A stretch of 37,262 nucleotides of DNA from an uncultured Acidobacteriota bacterium (lineage in GTDB: Bacteria; Acidobacteriota; UBA6911). The notes beneath the pieces are model-generated. The model did not search any database and was not told the DNA's origin. It worked only from the letters and a program-made list of their open reading frames with translations. Location: the NCBI GenBank assembly GCA_964637825.1, contig CAZWXG010000005.1:1-37262 (forward strand), written 5' to 3'. The position numbers and the translations under genes are program-made. Positions 6,569-14,350 of this stretch are shown one piece after another. Each line of letters opens with the position of its first letter. Within the stretch, counting starts at the first letter, position 1.

Positions 6569-9515
6569 CGAAGAAAACACTGTCGATCAGATGGTTCTCG
6601 ACACGCTCTGCGGCGGCGTGACTTCGAACATGGTTGCCGAAGAGCTTGCGAGCTACGGCGGCGAAGTCAAAAGCTGGCGCTTCGTGTCCACCGAGGAGCT
6701 GCCCCGTCAGCACTCCGACGTGCTGGTGGAGTCGATGGTGCGCGACGCCCTCATCCGCCTGAACCCGGAAATCAAGGCCCAACCTGACCGCGCCGACGAG
6801 GTGCTCTACCGCCTGCGGACCATTCCGCTGTCGGTGCAGAGCGAAGGCCTGGTGCGGGCCAACGAACTGTTTGCCGAATGGCTGCGGGGCGAGAAGTCCA
6901 TGCCCTTCGGCGAGCGCGGCGAACATACGCCGGTGCACCTGATCGACTTCGAGAATCTCAGCAACAACGATTACGTGGTCACCAACCAGTGGGTCTATCC
7001 GATCAAGGAAGGCGGCCGCCGCTTCGACATCATTATGCTGGTCAACGGTATCCCGGTGGTGGTCGGCGAGGCCAAGACGCCGGTGCGCCCGGCGGTGACC
7101 TGGGTGGACGGGGCCAGTGACATCCACAACGGCTACGAACAGAGCGTGCCGCAGATGTTCGTGCCCAACGTCCTCTCCTTTGCCACCGAGGGCAAGTGCT
7201 ATCGCTACGGCTCGGTGCGCATGCCCATCGATATCTGGGGGCCGTGGCACGAGGGCGAGAACAAGGCCGAGGGGACGATTGCGGACGTGCAGCGCTCCAT
7301 CCGCTCCATGCTGCGCCCCCATGTGGTGCTGGACATCCTGCAGAACTTCACCCTGTTCGCCACCGACAAGAAGCACCGGCGCATCAAGATCATCTGCCGC
7401 TATCAGCAGTACGAAGGCGCTAACCTGATGGTGGCCCGCGTGGTCAAGGGCTATCCCAAGAAGGGCCTGATCTGGCACTTCCAGGGCTCGGGCAAGTCGC
7501 TGCTGATGGTATTCGCGGCGCAGAAGCTGCGGATGCACCGCAAGCTCGGCAACCCCACGGTGATGATCGTGGTGGACCGCATCGACCTGGACACCCAGAT
7601 CACCGCCACCTTCAACGCCGCCGATATTCCGAACATGATCGGAGCCGCCACCCGGCAGGAGCTGCAAGGCCTGCTGGCGGCCGATACCCGCAAGATCATC
7701 ATCACCACCATTCACAAGTTCGGCGAGGCGGACGGCCGCCTGAACGAGCGTTCGAACATCATCGTGATGGTGGATGAGGCGCACCGCACCCAGGAAGGCG
7801 ACTTGGGGCGCAAGATGCGCGACGCGCTGCCTAACGCCTTTCTCTTTGGTCTGACCGGTACGCCGATCAACAAGCGGGACCGCAACACCTTCTGGGCCTT
7901 CGGCGCGGACGAGGATGAGCAGGGCTATATGAGCCGCTACTCGTTCCAGGACTCGATCCGGGACAAGGCCACGCTGCCGCTGCATTTCGAGGCGGTAGAC
8001 GTGAAGCTGAACATCAACAAGGACGCCATTGACGAAGCCTACTCCCAGATGACCGATGAGCTGAGCGAGCTGGATCGTGACGACCTGGCCAAACGGGCCG
8101 CCAAGATGGCGGTGCTGATCAAGGCCCCGGTGCGGGTGAACGCCATCTGCCAGCACATCGTCAAGCACTTCCAGGAGAAGGTGGAGCCGAACGGCTTCAA
8201 GGCCCAGGTGGTGACCTTCGACCGGGAGTGCTGCGTGCTCTACAAGAAGGCCATGGACGAGTTGGTCGGCCCGGAGGCCAGCGCCATCGTCATGCACACC
8301 CAGGGCGGAAAGTCCGATCAGTACGCGGAATGGAAGCTGGCCAAGGACGAGGAGGAAAAACTCCTCGACCGTTTCCGCGATCCGATTGACCCGCTCAAGT
8401 TCCTGATCGTCACCTCCAAGCTCCTGACTGGCTTCGATGCGCCCATTCTGCAGGTGATGTACCTCGACAAGCCGATGAAGGATCACAACCTGCTGCAGGC
8501 CATCTGCCGCACCAACCGTGTCTACCCCGGCAAGACCCACGGCCTGATCGTGGATTACCTGGGCATCTTCGATGACGTGGCCACGGCCCTCGATTTCGAT
8601 GAAAAGGCGGTGCAGAAGGTCATCACCAATCTGGACGAGCTCAAGAAGGAGCTGCCCGGCGTGGTGGCGAGATGCCTGGCGTTCTTCCCTGGCGTGGACC
8701 GCACCGTTGGCGGCTACGAGGGGCTGATCGCGGCCCAGGATTGCCTGCCGGATAACGAGACCCGGGACAAGTTCGCGGCGGAATACTCGGTGCTCTCCCG
8801 TCTGTGGGAGGCGCTGTCTCCCGATCCCTGTCTCGGCCTTTATGAAAAGGACTACAAGTGGCTGACCCAGGTCTATGAGTCGGTGAAGCCGCCGAGCGGC
8901 AACGGCAAGCTGCTCTGGCACGCCCTGGGGGCCAAGACCATCGAGCTGGTGCATGAGAACGTGCATCTGGAGACGGTGCGCGACGATCTGGACACCCTGG
9001 TGATGGACGCCGAGGTCCTCGAAGGGCTGCTCGATGCCAAGGACCCGGACAAGAAATCCAAGGAAATCGAGATCAAGCTCATCGCCCGCCTGCGCAAGCA
9101 CAAGGACAATCCGAAGTTTGTCGCCCTGGGCGAACGCCTCGAAAAGCTCAAGGAGCGGCACGAACAGGGCCTGCTCCACAGCCTCGACTTCCTCAAGGAG
9201 CTGCTGACCCTGGCCAAGGAGGTCGTCCAGGCCGAGAAGCAGGTGGACCCGGTCGATGAACAGGCCAAGGCCAAAGCGGCCCTGACCGAACTGTTCGCCG
9301 AGGTGAAGAACGGCAAGACGCCGATGGTGGTCGAGCGGATCGTGACCGACATCGACGAGATCGTGCGCCTGGTCCGGTTCCCCGGCTGGCAAAACACCAA
9401 GGCCGGAGAGCGCGAGGTCCAGAAGGCCCTGCGCAAAGTGATTTACGTGAAGTACCAGGTCAAGGATCAGGATCTGTTCGACAAGGCGTTCGGATATATC
9501 CGGCAGTACTATTGA
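6561..9515 (+). CDS. hsdR: Type I restriction enzyme R subunit HsdR (SF2 helicase/endonuclease)
   Basis: ATG 6561 is preceded by GGAG (6551-6554, 6-nt spacer) and overlaps the hsdS stop by 8 nt. The alternative upstream start 6534 has no SD. Nuclease-type N-terminal region (FDIIMLVNGIPVVVGEAK). Helicase motif I FQGSGKS. Motif II MVDEAHRTQ. LFGLTGTPI. Motif VI-like LQAICRTNR. C-terminal helical domain. Confidence 0.93.
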   Translation: MFNEENTVDQMVLDTLCGGVTSNMVAEELASYGGEVKSWRFVSTEELPRQHSDVLVESMVRDALIRLNPEIKAQPDRADEVLYRLRTIPLSVQSEGLVRANELFAEWLRGEKSMPFGERGEHTPVHLIDFENLSNNDYVVTNQWVYPIKEGGRRFDIIMLVNGIPVVVGEAKTPVRPAVTWVDGASDIHNGYEQSVPQMFVPNVLSFATEGKCYRYGSVRMPIDIWGPWHEGENKAEGTIADVQRSIRSMLRPHVVLDILQNFTLFATDKKHRRIKIICRYQQYEGANLMVARVVKGYPKKGLIWHFQGSGKSLLMVFAAQKLRMHRKLGNPTVMIVVDRIDLDTQITATFNAADIPNMIGAATRQELQGLLAADTRKIIITTIHKFGEADGRLNERSNIIVMVDEAHRTQEGDLGRKMRDALPNAFLFGLTGTPINKRDRNTFWAFGADEDEQGYMSRYSFQDSIRDKATLPLHFEAVDVKLNINKDAIDEAYSQMTDELSELDRDDLAKRAAKMAVLIKAPVRVNAICQHIVKHFQEKVEPNGFKAQVVTFDRECCVLYKKAMDELVGPEASAIVMHTQGGKSDQYAEWKLAKDEEEKLLDRFRDPIDPLKFLIVTSKLLTGFDAPILQVMYLDKPMKDHNLLQAICRTNRVYPGKTHGLIVDYLGIFDDVATALDFDEKAVQKVITNLDELKKELPGVVARCLAFFPGVDRTVGGYEGLIAAQDCLPDNETRDKFAAEYSVLSRLWEALSPDPCLGLYEKDYKWLTQVYESVKPPSGNGKLLWHALGAKTIELVHENVHLETVRDDLDTLVMDAEVLEGLLDAKDPDKKSKEIEIKLIARLRKHKDNPKFVALGERLEKLKERHEQGLLHSLDFLKELLTLAKEVVQAEKQVDPVDEQAKAKAALTELFAEVKNGKTPMVVERIVTDIDEIVRLVRFPGWQNTKAGEREVQKALRKVIYVKYQVKDQDLFDKAFGYIRQYY

Positions 9516-9665
9516 GCGGCGCTATGGATGGTTTCAAGCCCACATTCACCCTCACCAACCGACAGATCTCCCCGATCGCCCGCATCGAGCGGGCGCGGGC
9601 GGTAACGCCGCTTTCCAGGTTCGCGCGCCCTCGCGCCTTCGGGTGCAAAGAAGAGGTGTCCAGGG

Positions 9666-10736
9666 ATGAGAAAGAACAAAAAACAGAAGAGCCTTGGAAA
9701 AAAGGAGCTTTCGATCATCCGTTCCTCTGCCGCCGAATATCTGACCTTTGTCGCGGCCAGCGGCAGCGGTGGCGTTGAGGCGGTCTATGCCGACGAAAGC
9801 ATCTGGCTGACCCAGAAGATGATGGGGGTGCTTTACGATGTTGAGACCCACACCATCAACTACCACCTGAAAAAGGTGTTCTCCGACAGCGAGTTGCAGG
9901 AGGATTCAGTTATTCGAAATTTTCGAATAACTGCCGGCGACGGCAAGAACTACAACACCCTGCACTACAAGCTGCCTGCCATCATCGCCGTGGGGTACAA
10001 GGTCAACTCAGAGCGTGCCGTGCAGTTTCGCAAGTGGGCCACGACCATCATTGAGGAGTACACCATCAAGGCCTACGTCATGGACGACGAACGCATCAAA
10101 AGCGGCGGCTCCATCCTCACCGAACAGTACTTTGAAGAGCAGTTGCAGCGCATCCGGGAGATCCGCCTCTCCGAGCGCAAGTTCTACCAGAAAATTACCG
10201 ACATCTACGCCACCGCCATCGACTACGATTTCACCGCCCAGGCCACCATGCGCTTTTTCGCCACCGTACAGAACAAGCTGCACTGGGCGATCCACGGCCA
10301 GACGGCGGCGGAGGTCATCGTCAACCGCGCCGATGCCAAAAAACAGCATATGGGCCTGGCCACCTGGAAGGATGCCCCAAAAGGGAAAATCCAGAAGTTC
10401 GACGTCAGCATAGCCAAGAACTACCTGACCGAAGAGGAAATGGCGCAGCTGGCCCGGCTGGTGAACGCCTATCTCGATGTGGCCGAAGACATGGCCCTGC
10501 GCAAGATCCCCATGACCATGCAGGATTGGGAAACCCGCTTGAATCGCTTTATTGCCGCCACCGACCGCGAAATTCTTCAGGATGCCGGGAAGGTGACGGC
10601 GGAGATCGCCAAGGCCCACGCCGAAAGCGAGTTCGAGAAATACCGCATCGCGCAGGACCGGCTGTTTGAAAGCGACTTCGACCGGATGGTGAAGCAGATC
10701 GAATCAGCCGGAGATGAAAAACCGGATGAAGAATAG
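9666..10736 (+). CDS. rhuM: RhuM-family protein (virulence_RhuM / R-M-associated)
   Basis: 356-aa ORF. Family-typical stretches: WLTQKMMGVLYDVETHTINYHLKKVF, NTLHYKLPAIIAVGYKVNSERAVQFRKWAT, LSERKFYQKITDIYATAIDYD, FFATVQNKLHWAIHGQTAAE, YLTEEEMAQLARLVNAYLDVAE. Confidence 0.85.
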   Translation: MRKNKKQKSLGKKELSIIRSSAAEYLTFVAASGSGGVEAVYADESIWLTQKMMGVLYDVETHTINYHLKKVFSDSELQEDSVIRNFRITAGDGKNYNTLHYKLPAIIAVGYKVNSERAVQFRKWATTIIEEYTIKAYVMDDERIKSGGSILTEQYFEEQLQRIREIRLSERKFYQKITDIYATAIDYDFTAQATMRFFATVQNKLHWAIHGQTAAEVIVNRADAKKQHMGLATWKDAPKGKIQKFDVSIAKNYLTEEEMAQLARLVNAYLDVAEDMALRKIPMTMQDWETRLNRFIAATDREILQDAGKVTAEIAKAHAESEFEKYRIAQDRLFESDFDRMVKQIESAGDEKPDEE

Positions 10737-10740
10737 CCCT

Positions 10741-10837
10741 GCCGACTTGGGGGCTGACTTGAGGTGTGACTTGGGGGGCAACTTGCGACAAACTCGCGAC
10801 ATGGCCTGCGACACCGAGCTGTGATATGAGCTGCGAC
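10741..10837. repeat. Degenerate tandem repeat with 12-13-nt period (about 8 units) between rhuM and fic
   Basis: The units read gccGACTTGGGG / gctGACTTGAGG / tgtGACTTGGGG / ggcAACTTGCGA / caaaCTCGCGAC / atggCCTGCGAC / accgaGCTGTGAT / atgaGCTGCGAC. There is no start codon in the repeat frame. Confidence 0.6.
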
Positions 10838-10966
10838 ATCTCAGAGCCGCCAGGCGGGCACAAGCCGAGGGTGGCGAAGCCGGGTTTTGGCAGTTCGATT
10901 GGGCGAAAATGGATATCTCCATAATGGTACCTCGCAAATGGGTGTAAATGGGCGTAACATTGGTTC

Positions 10967-12016
10967 ATGCTGCGGACTGAAACCATCCGGATCACCCCTG
11001 AGATCCTGAGCCTCATCGCGGGGATCGACGAGTTCAAGGGCGCCTGGCGCGCGTTGCGCAACCTGGCGCCGGAGCGCCTGTCGGCCCTGCGCCGCGTGGC
11101 CACCATCGAGAGCATCGGCTCCTCCACCCGGATCGAGGGGAGCAAACTGTCCGACCGGGAAGTGGAGCGGTTGCTCTCGAACCTGGAGATCAAATCCTTT
11201 GCCACCCGCGACGAGCAGGAGGTGGCCGGCTATGCCGAACTGATGGACCTGGTGTTCTCGTCCTGGCGGGACATCCCGTTCTCCGAGAATCACATCAAAC
11301 AGTTGCACCAGATCCTGCTGCGCTACAGCGAAAAGGACATCTGGCATCGCGGCAAATACAAGACCCACCCGAACAGCGTCGCCGCCTTCGATGAGACCGG
11401 AGCACAGATCGGTATCGTGTTCCAGACCGCTGCGCCCTTCGACACCCCCCTCCTGATGACGGAACTGGTCGCCTGGGTGAAACGGGAGCGCGATGCGGCC
11501 CGACTGCATCCGCTCCTGATCATCGCCCTGTGCGTCGTCGTTTTCCTCGAGATCCACCCGTTCCAGGACGGTAACGGCCGGCTCTCCCGCGTACTGACCA
11601 CGCTCCTGCTCCTCGAGGCCGGGTACGCCTATGTGCCTTACAGTTCCCTGGAAAGCGTGATCGAAGGGAGCAAGGAAGCCTATTACCTGGCGCTCCATCA
11701 AACCCAGGGCACGATCCGCACCGGGTCGCCGGACTGGCAGCCGTGGCTCCTGTTTTTTCTCCGTTCCCTGGCCGAGCAGGTAAGGCGCCTGGAGAAGAAG
11801 GTCGAGCGCGAGAAGGTCGTCCTGGCCGCCATGCCGGAACTGCAACTTCAGATCGTCGAGTTCGCCCGCGAACACGGCCGCGTCACCATCGGGGAGGCTA
11901 TCAGGCTGACCAGCGCCAGCCGCAACACGCTGAAAGTGCATTTCCGTGCACTGGTCGAACGCGGCACGCTGAACCGGCACGGCGCCGGCCGCGGGGTTTG
12001 GTACGACCTGCGCTGA
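10967..12016 (+). CDS. fic: Fic-family protein (AMPylase-type) with N-terminal inhibitory helix and C-terminal wHTH-like domain
   Basis: Canonical Fic motif HPFQDGNGRLSR. Upstream STRIEG matches the (S/T)xxxE(G/N) inhibitory motif, a class II arrangement. The C-terminal segment IVEFAREHGRVTIGEAIRLTSASRNTLKVHFRALVERG looks like a winged helix. Confidence 0.9.
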   Translation: MLRTETIRITPEILSLIAGIDEFKGAWRALRNLAPERLSALRRVATIESIGSSTRIEGSKLSDREVERLLSNLEIKSFATRDEQEVAGYAELMDLVFSSWRDIPFSENHIKQLHQILLRYSEKDIWHRGKYKTHPNSVAAFDETGAQIGIVFQTAAPFDTPLLMTELVAWVKRERDAARLHPLLIIALCVVVFLEIHPFQDGNGRLSRVLTTLLLLEAGYAYVPYSSLESVIEGSKEAYYLALHQTQGTIRTGSPDWQPWLLFFLRSLAEQVRRLEKKVEREKVVLAAMPELQLQIVEFAREHGRVTIGEAIRLTSASRNTLKVHFRALVERGTLNRHGAGRGVWYDLR

Positions 12017-12074
12017 ACGATCGATCCGTCAAGTCCAACCCCCGTTCAGGGATTGAATCAAGGAAAGAGTTTTC

Positions 12075-12383
12075 ATGGACACTGACGATTTGAGTGAAAA
12101 ATCCTGGGCCCTCGTCGTCCTTGCCGCCTGCGTCTCGGATACCCTGAAAAGCGAGCTGGGTGCCATGGCCAGCCGGTTTCGGTCCGAGGACGAATGGCTG
12201 CGCGGGGTTCGGGCCCATATGGAAAGGATCGCCGAAAATCCGGAGGCGTATGTGGAATATTGGGATCTTGAAAACGAGGAGGGGGTCACGCCGGAACTGA
12301 TGGCGCGCTGTGCGGCCGACCTTTGCCGCCGGGTGGATGAAATCCTGGTGCTGCCGATGAACCGGCGCGGGGCCGGGGCCTAG
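12075..12383 (+). CDS. Hypothetical acidic 102-aa protein
   Basis: ATG is preceded by AAGGAAAGAG. Codon usage looks coding and the ORF is co-directional with fic, 58 nt downstream. I recognise no family motif. Confidence 0.5.
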   Translation: MDTDDLSEKSWALVVLAACVSDTLKSELGAMASRFRSEDEWLRGVRAHMERIAENPEAYVEYWDLENEEGVTPELMARCAADLCRRVDEILVLPMNRRGAGA

Positions 12384-12402
12384 GAGGCCGGCCGGTCCGC
12401 GC

Positions 12403-12431
12403 ATGAAAGCCGGGGCGGATTGGGGTATGAT
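12403..12431 (+). promoter_or_regulatory. Candidate sigma70-type promoter for the antiporter gene
   Basis: ATGAAA (12403-12408), 17-nt spacer, TATGAT (12426-12431), 27 nt before ATG 12459. Motif match only. Confidence 0.3.
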
Positions 12432-12458
12432 GGTATTTTTTCGGGCTTGCGGGGGACT

Positions 12459-13430
12459 ATGCTGATCGCGGTGGTGGCCATTGTCGTGGGGCTGGGGCTG
12501 CTGGTCTGGAGCGCGGACTGGTTCGTGGACGGGGCGGCGGCGCTGGCGCGCCACTTCGGGCTGCCGGCGCTGCTGATCGGGATGGTGATCGTGGGGTTCG
12601 GCACCTCGGCGCCGGAACTGGTGGTGTCGGCCATCGCCTCGATGGAGGGGAACCCCGGGATCGCGCTCGGCAACGCCTACGGCTCCAACATCACCAACAT
12701 CGCCCTCATTCTCGGGCTGACGGCGCTGGTCAGCCCCATCGCCGTCCATTCGAGCGTGCTGCGGCGGGAACTCCCGGTGCTGGCCGCCGTCACCGGGCTC
12801 GCCGCCTGGCAGGTGTGGGACGGGGAGATCACCCGGCTGGACGCGATGGTCCTGCTCCTGGTCTTCGGCATCCTGGTCGCCTGGTCGGTGCGCGAGGGGC
12901 TGCAGCGAAAGGCCGACGACTTCGGGCAGGAAATGGAGCGGGAACTCGGCATCCACCCCATGCCCCCCCGCCGGGCGGCCTTTCGCCTCCTCGTGGGCCT
13001 CGCGGTGCTGATCGCCAGTTCCCGCGCGCTGGTCTGGGGGGCGGTGGAGATCGCCCACCGTTTCGGCGTCAGCGACCTCGTCATCGGCCTCACCATCGTG
13101 GCCGTGGGCACCTCCCTGCCGGAACTGGCGTCGTCGCTCGCCGCCGCCCGCCGCAACGAACACGATATCGCACTGGGGAACATCATCGGCTCGAACCTGT
13201 TCAACACCCTGGCGGTGGTCGGCCTCGCCGGGGCGATTCACCCCCTGGCGGTCCCGCCCGAGGTCTTCTCCCGCGACATCCTGGCGATGTCGGCCCTGAC
13301 CCTTTCGCTATTCGTCATGGGTTACGGCTTCTGGTGCCCGCGCCGCATCAACCGCTACGAAGGGAGCCTGCTGCTCGTCGCCTACATCGGCTATAACGCC
13401 TGGCTGCTCCGGAGCGCATTCGCCGGCTGA
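12459..13430 (+). CDS. yrbG: CaCA-family calcium/sodium antiporter (YrbG-like)
   Basis: Two alpha-repeats, GFGTSAPELVVS...GNAYGSNITNI and AVGTSLPELASS...GNIIGSNLFNT. About 10 hydrophobic segments. ATG 12459 (MLIAVVAIVVGLG) is preferred over the upstream TTG/GTG-type ORF start at 12420. Confidence 0.88.
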   Translation: MLIAVVAIVVGLGLLVWSADWFVDGAAALARHFGLPALLIGMVIVGFGTSAPELVVSAIASMEGNPGIALGNAYGSNITNIALILGLTALVSPIAVHSSVLRRELPVLAAVTGLAAWQVWDGEITRLDAMVLLLVFGILVAWSVREGLQRKADDFGQEMERELGIHPMPPRRAAFRLLVGLAVLIASSRALVWGAVEIAHRFGVSDLVIGLTIVAVGTSLPELASSLAAARRNEHDIALGNIIGSNLFNTLAVVGLAGAIHPLAVPPEVFSRDILAMSALTLSLFVMGYGFWCPRRINRYEGSLLLVAYIGYNAWLLRSAFAG

Positions 13431-14350
13431 TTCCTCATCGCCTCGAGGACGGCGGCGACCGTGATGTTTCCCAGGCGGCCGGCCCCGTCCCGGAGGATGG
13501 TCACGCTCTCCCCGAGCGGGGCCCACTGCGCCGGCGCCGTCGGCCCGAACAGGGCCACGGTCGGGACCCCCAGCGCGGCACTGAGATGGGTCACCCCCGA
13601 ATCGTTCCCGACAAAAAAGCGACAGCGGGCCAGGATGCCGGAGAGCGGCCCCAGCGCGACCCCCTCGCACAGCAGCGACCCCGGGACTGCCTCGGCAATG
13701 CGCCGCCCCAGCCCCGCCTCGGCCGGGCCTTCCATGAGGATGAGCTCCAGATCGTTCCGGCGCGCCAGGAGGCGGGCCAACCCGATGAAATTTTCGGGGG
13801 GCCAGCGCTTCCCCGCCGACCCCGCCCCGGGGTGCAGCATCGCGAGCGCCTTCTGGCCGTCCCACCCTTGCTCCCGGAGCCAGCGCCCACCCGCCTCCAG
13901 CGCCGCGGCGCCCGGTCGGATGCCTGCGGGGGGCAGCTCTCGCGTCAGCAGAGGGGGGAGAGCGAGGGAATCGGCGAAGATGCGCGCGACGTGGCGCGTC
14001 TCCCCCGGCTCCGGGCGCCAGGGGGCGATGCGCGCCCCGGGGTGGAGGGAGCGCAGGTTGCGGACGAAGTCGGGGTTCGCGCTTCCGGTCCAGGAGACGA
14101 CCCGGTCATAGCTCTTCCAGAAACGGGTGTCCTCCTCCGAAGGGGGAGCGGGACGGTGGAGGCGGTGGAGCGGAAAGGCGGAAAGGGCGAGGACCCTTTC
14201 CGCGTACGGCGCGAGCAGCGGGCCCGGCAGGCCCGCGTCGCACGCCAGGGTGATCTCCGCCCCGGGCTCCGCCCGGCGGAGGGCCCCCAGCGCCGGGAGG
14301 GACAGGATGACGTCCCCCAGGGCGCCGGGGTGAAGGGCCAGGACGCGCAC
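13391..14350 (-). CDS. Glycosyltransferase family 9 (heptosyltransferase-like)
   Basis: GTG 14350 (VRVLALHPGALGDVILSLPAL) overlaps the apbC stop by 1 nt. GT9 hallmarks: HPGAGSAGKRWPPENF, FVGNDSGVTHLSAALGVPTVALFGPT. The rest of track ORF 13391..15244 is antisense or out-of-frame to apbC. Confidence 0.8.
   Translation of the reverse strand: MRVLALHPGALGDVILSLPALGALRRAEPGAEITLACDAGLPGPLLAPYAERVLALSAFPLHRLHRPAPPSEEDTRFWKSYDRVVSWTGSANPDFVRNLRSLHPGARIAPWRPEPGETRHVARIFADSLALPPLLTRELPPAGIRPGAAALEAGGRWLREQGWDGQKALAMLHPGAGSAGKRWPPENFIGLARLLARRNDLELILMEGPAEAGLGRRIAEAVPGSLLCEGVALGPLSGILARCRFFVGNDSGVTHLSAALGVPTVALFGPTAPAQWAPLGESVTILRDGAGRLGNITVAAVLEAMRNQPANALRSSQAL

Noticed and set aside
6543-9392. 949-aa ORF on the minus strand opposite hsdR
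   Set aside because: This is a shadow ORF of a GC-rich gene. Its translation is low-complexity (runs of L, G, H, D, Q, V, R) with no motif, and the plus-strand frame carries the complete set of HsdR helicase motifs.
10885-10910. GTTCGATT T-loop-like motif as a tRNA fragment or att site marking an island end
   Set aside because: The flanking bases do not form a T-stem (GGCAG versus TGGGC), and there is no acceptor or anticodon arm nearby.
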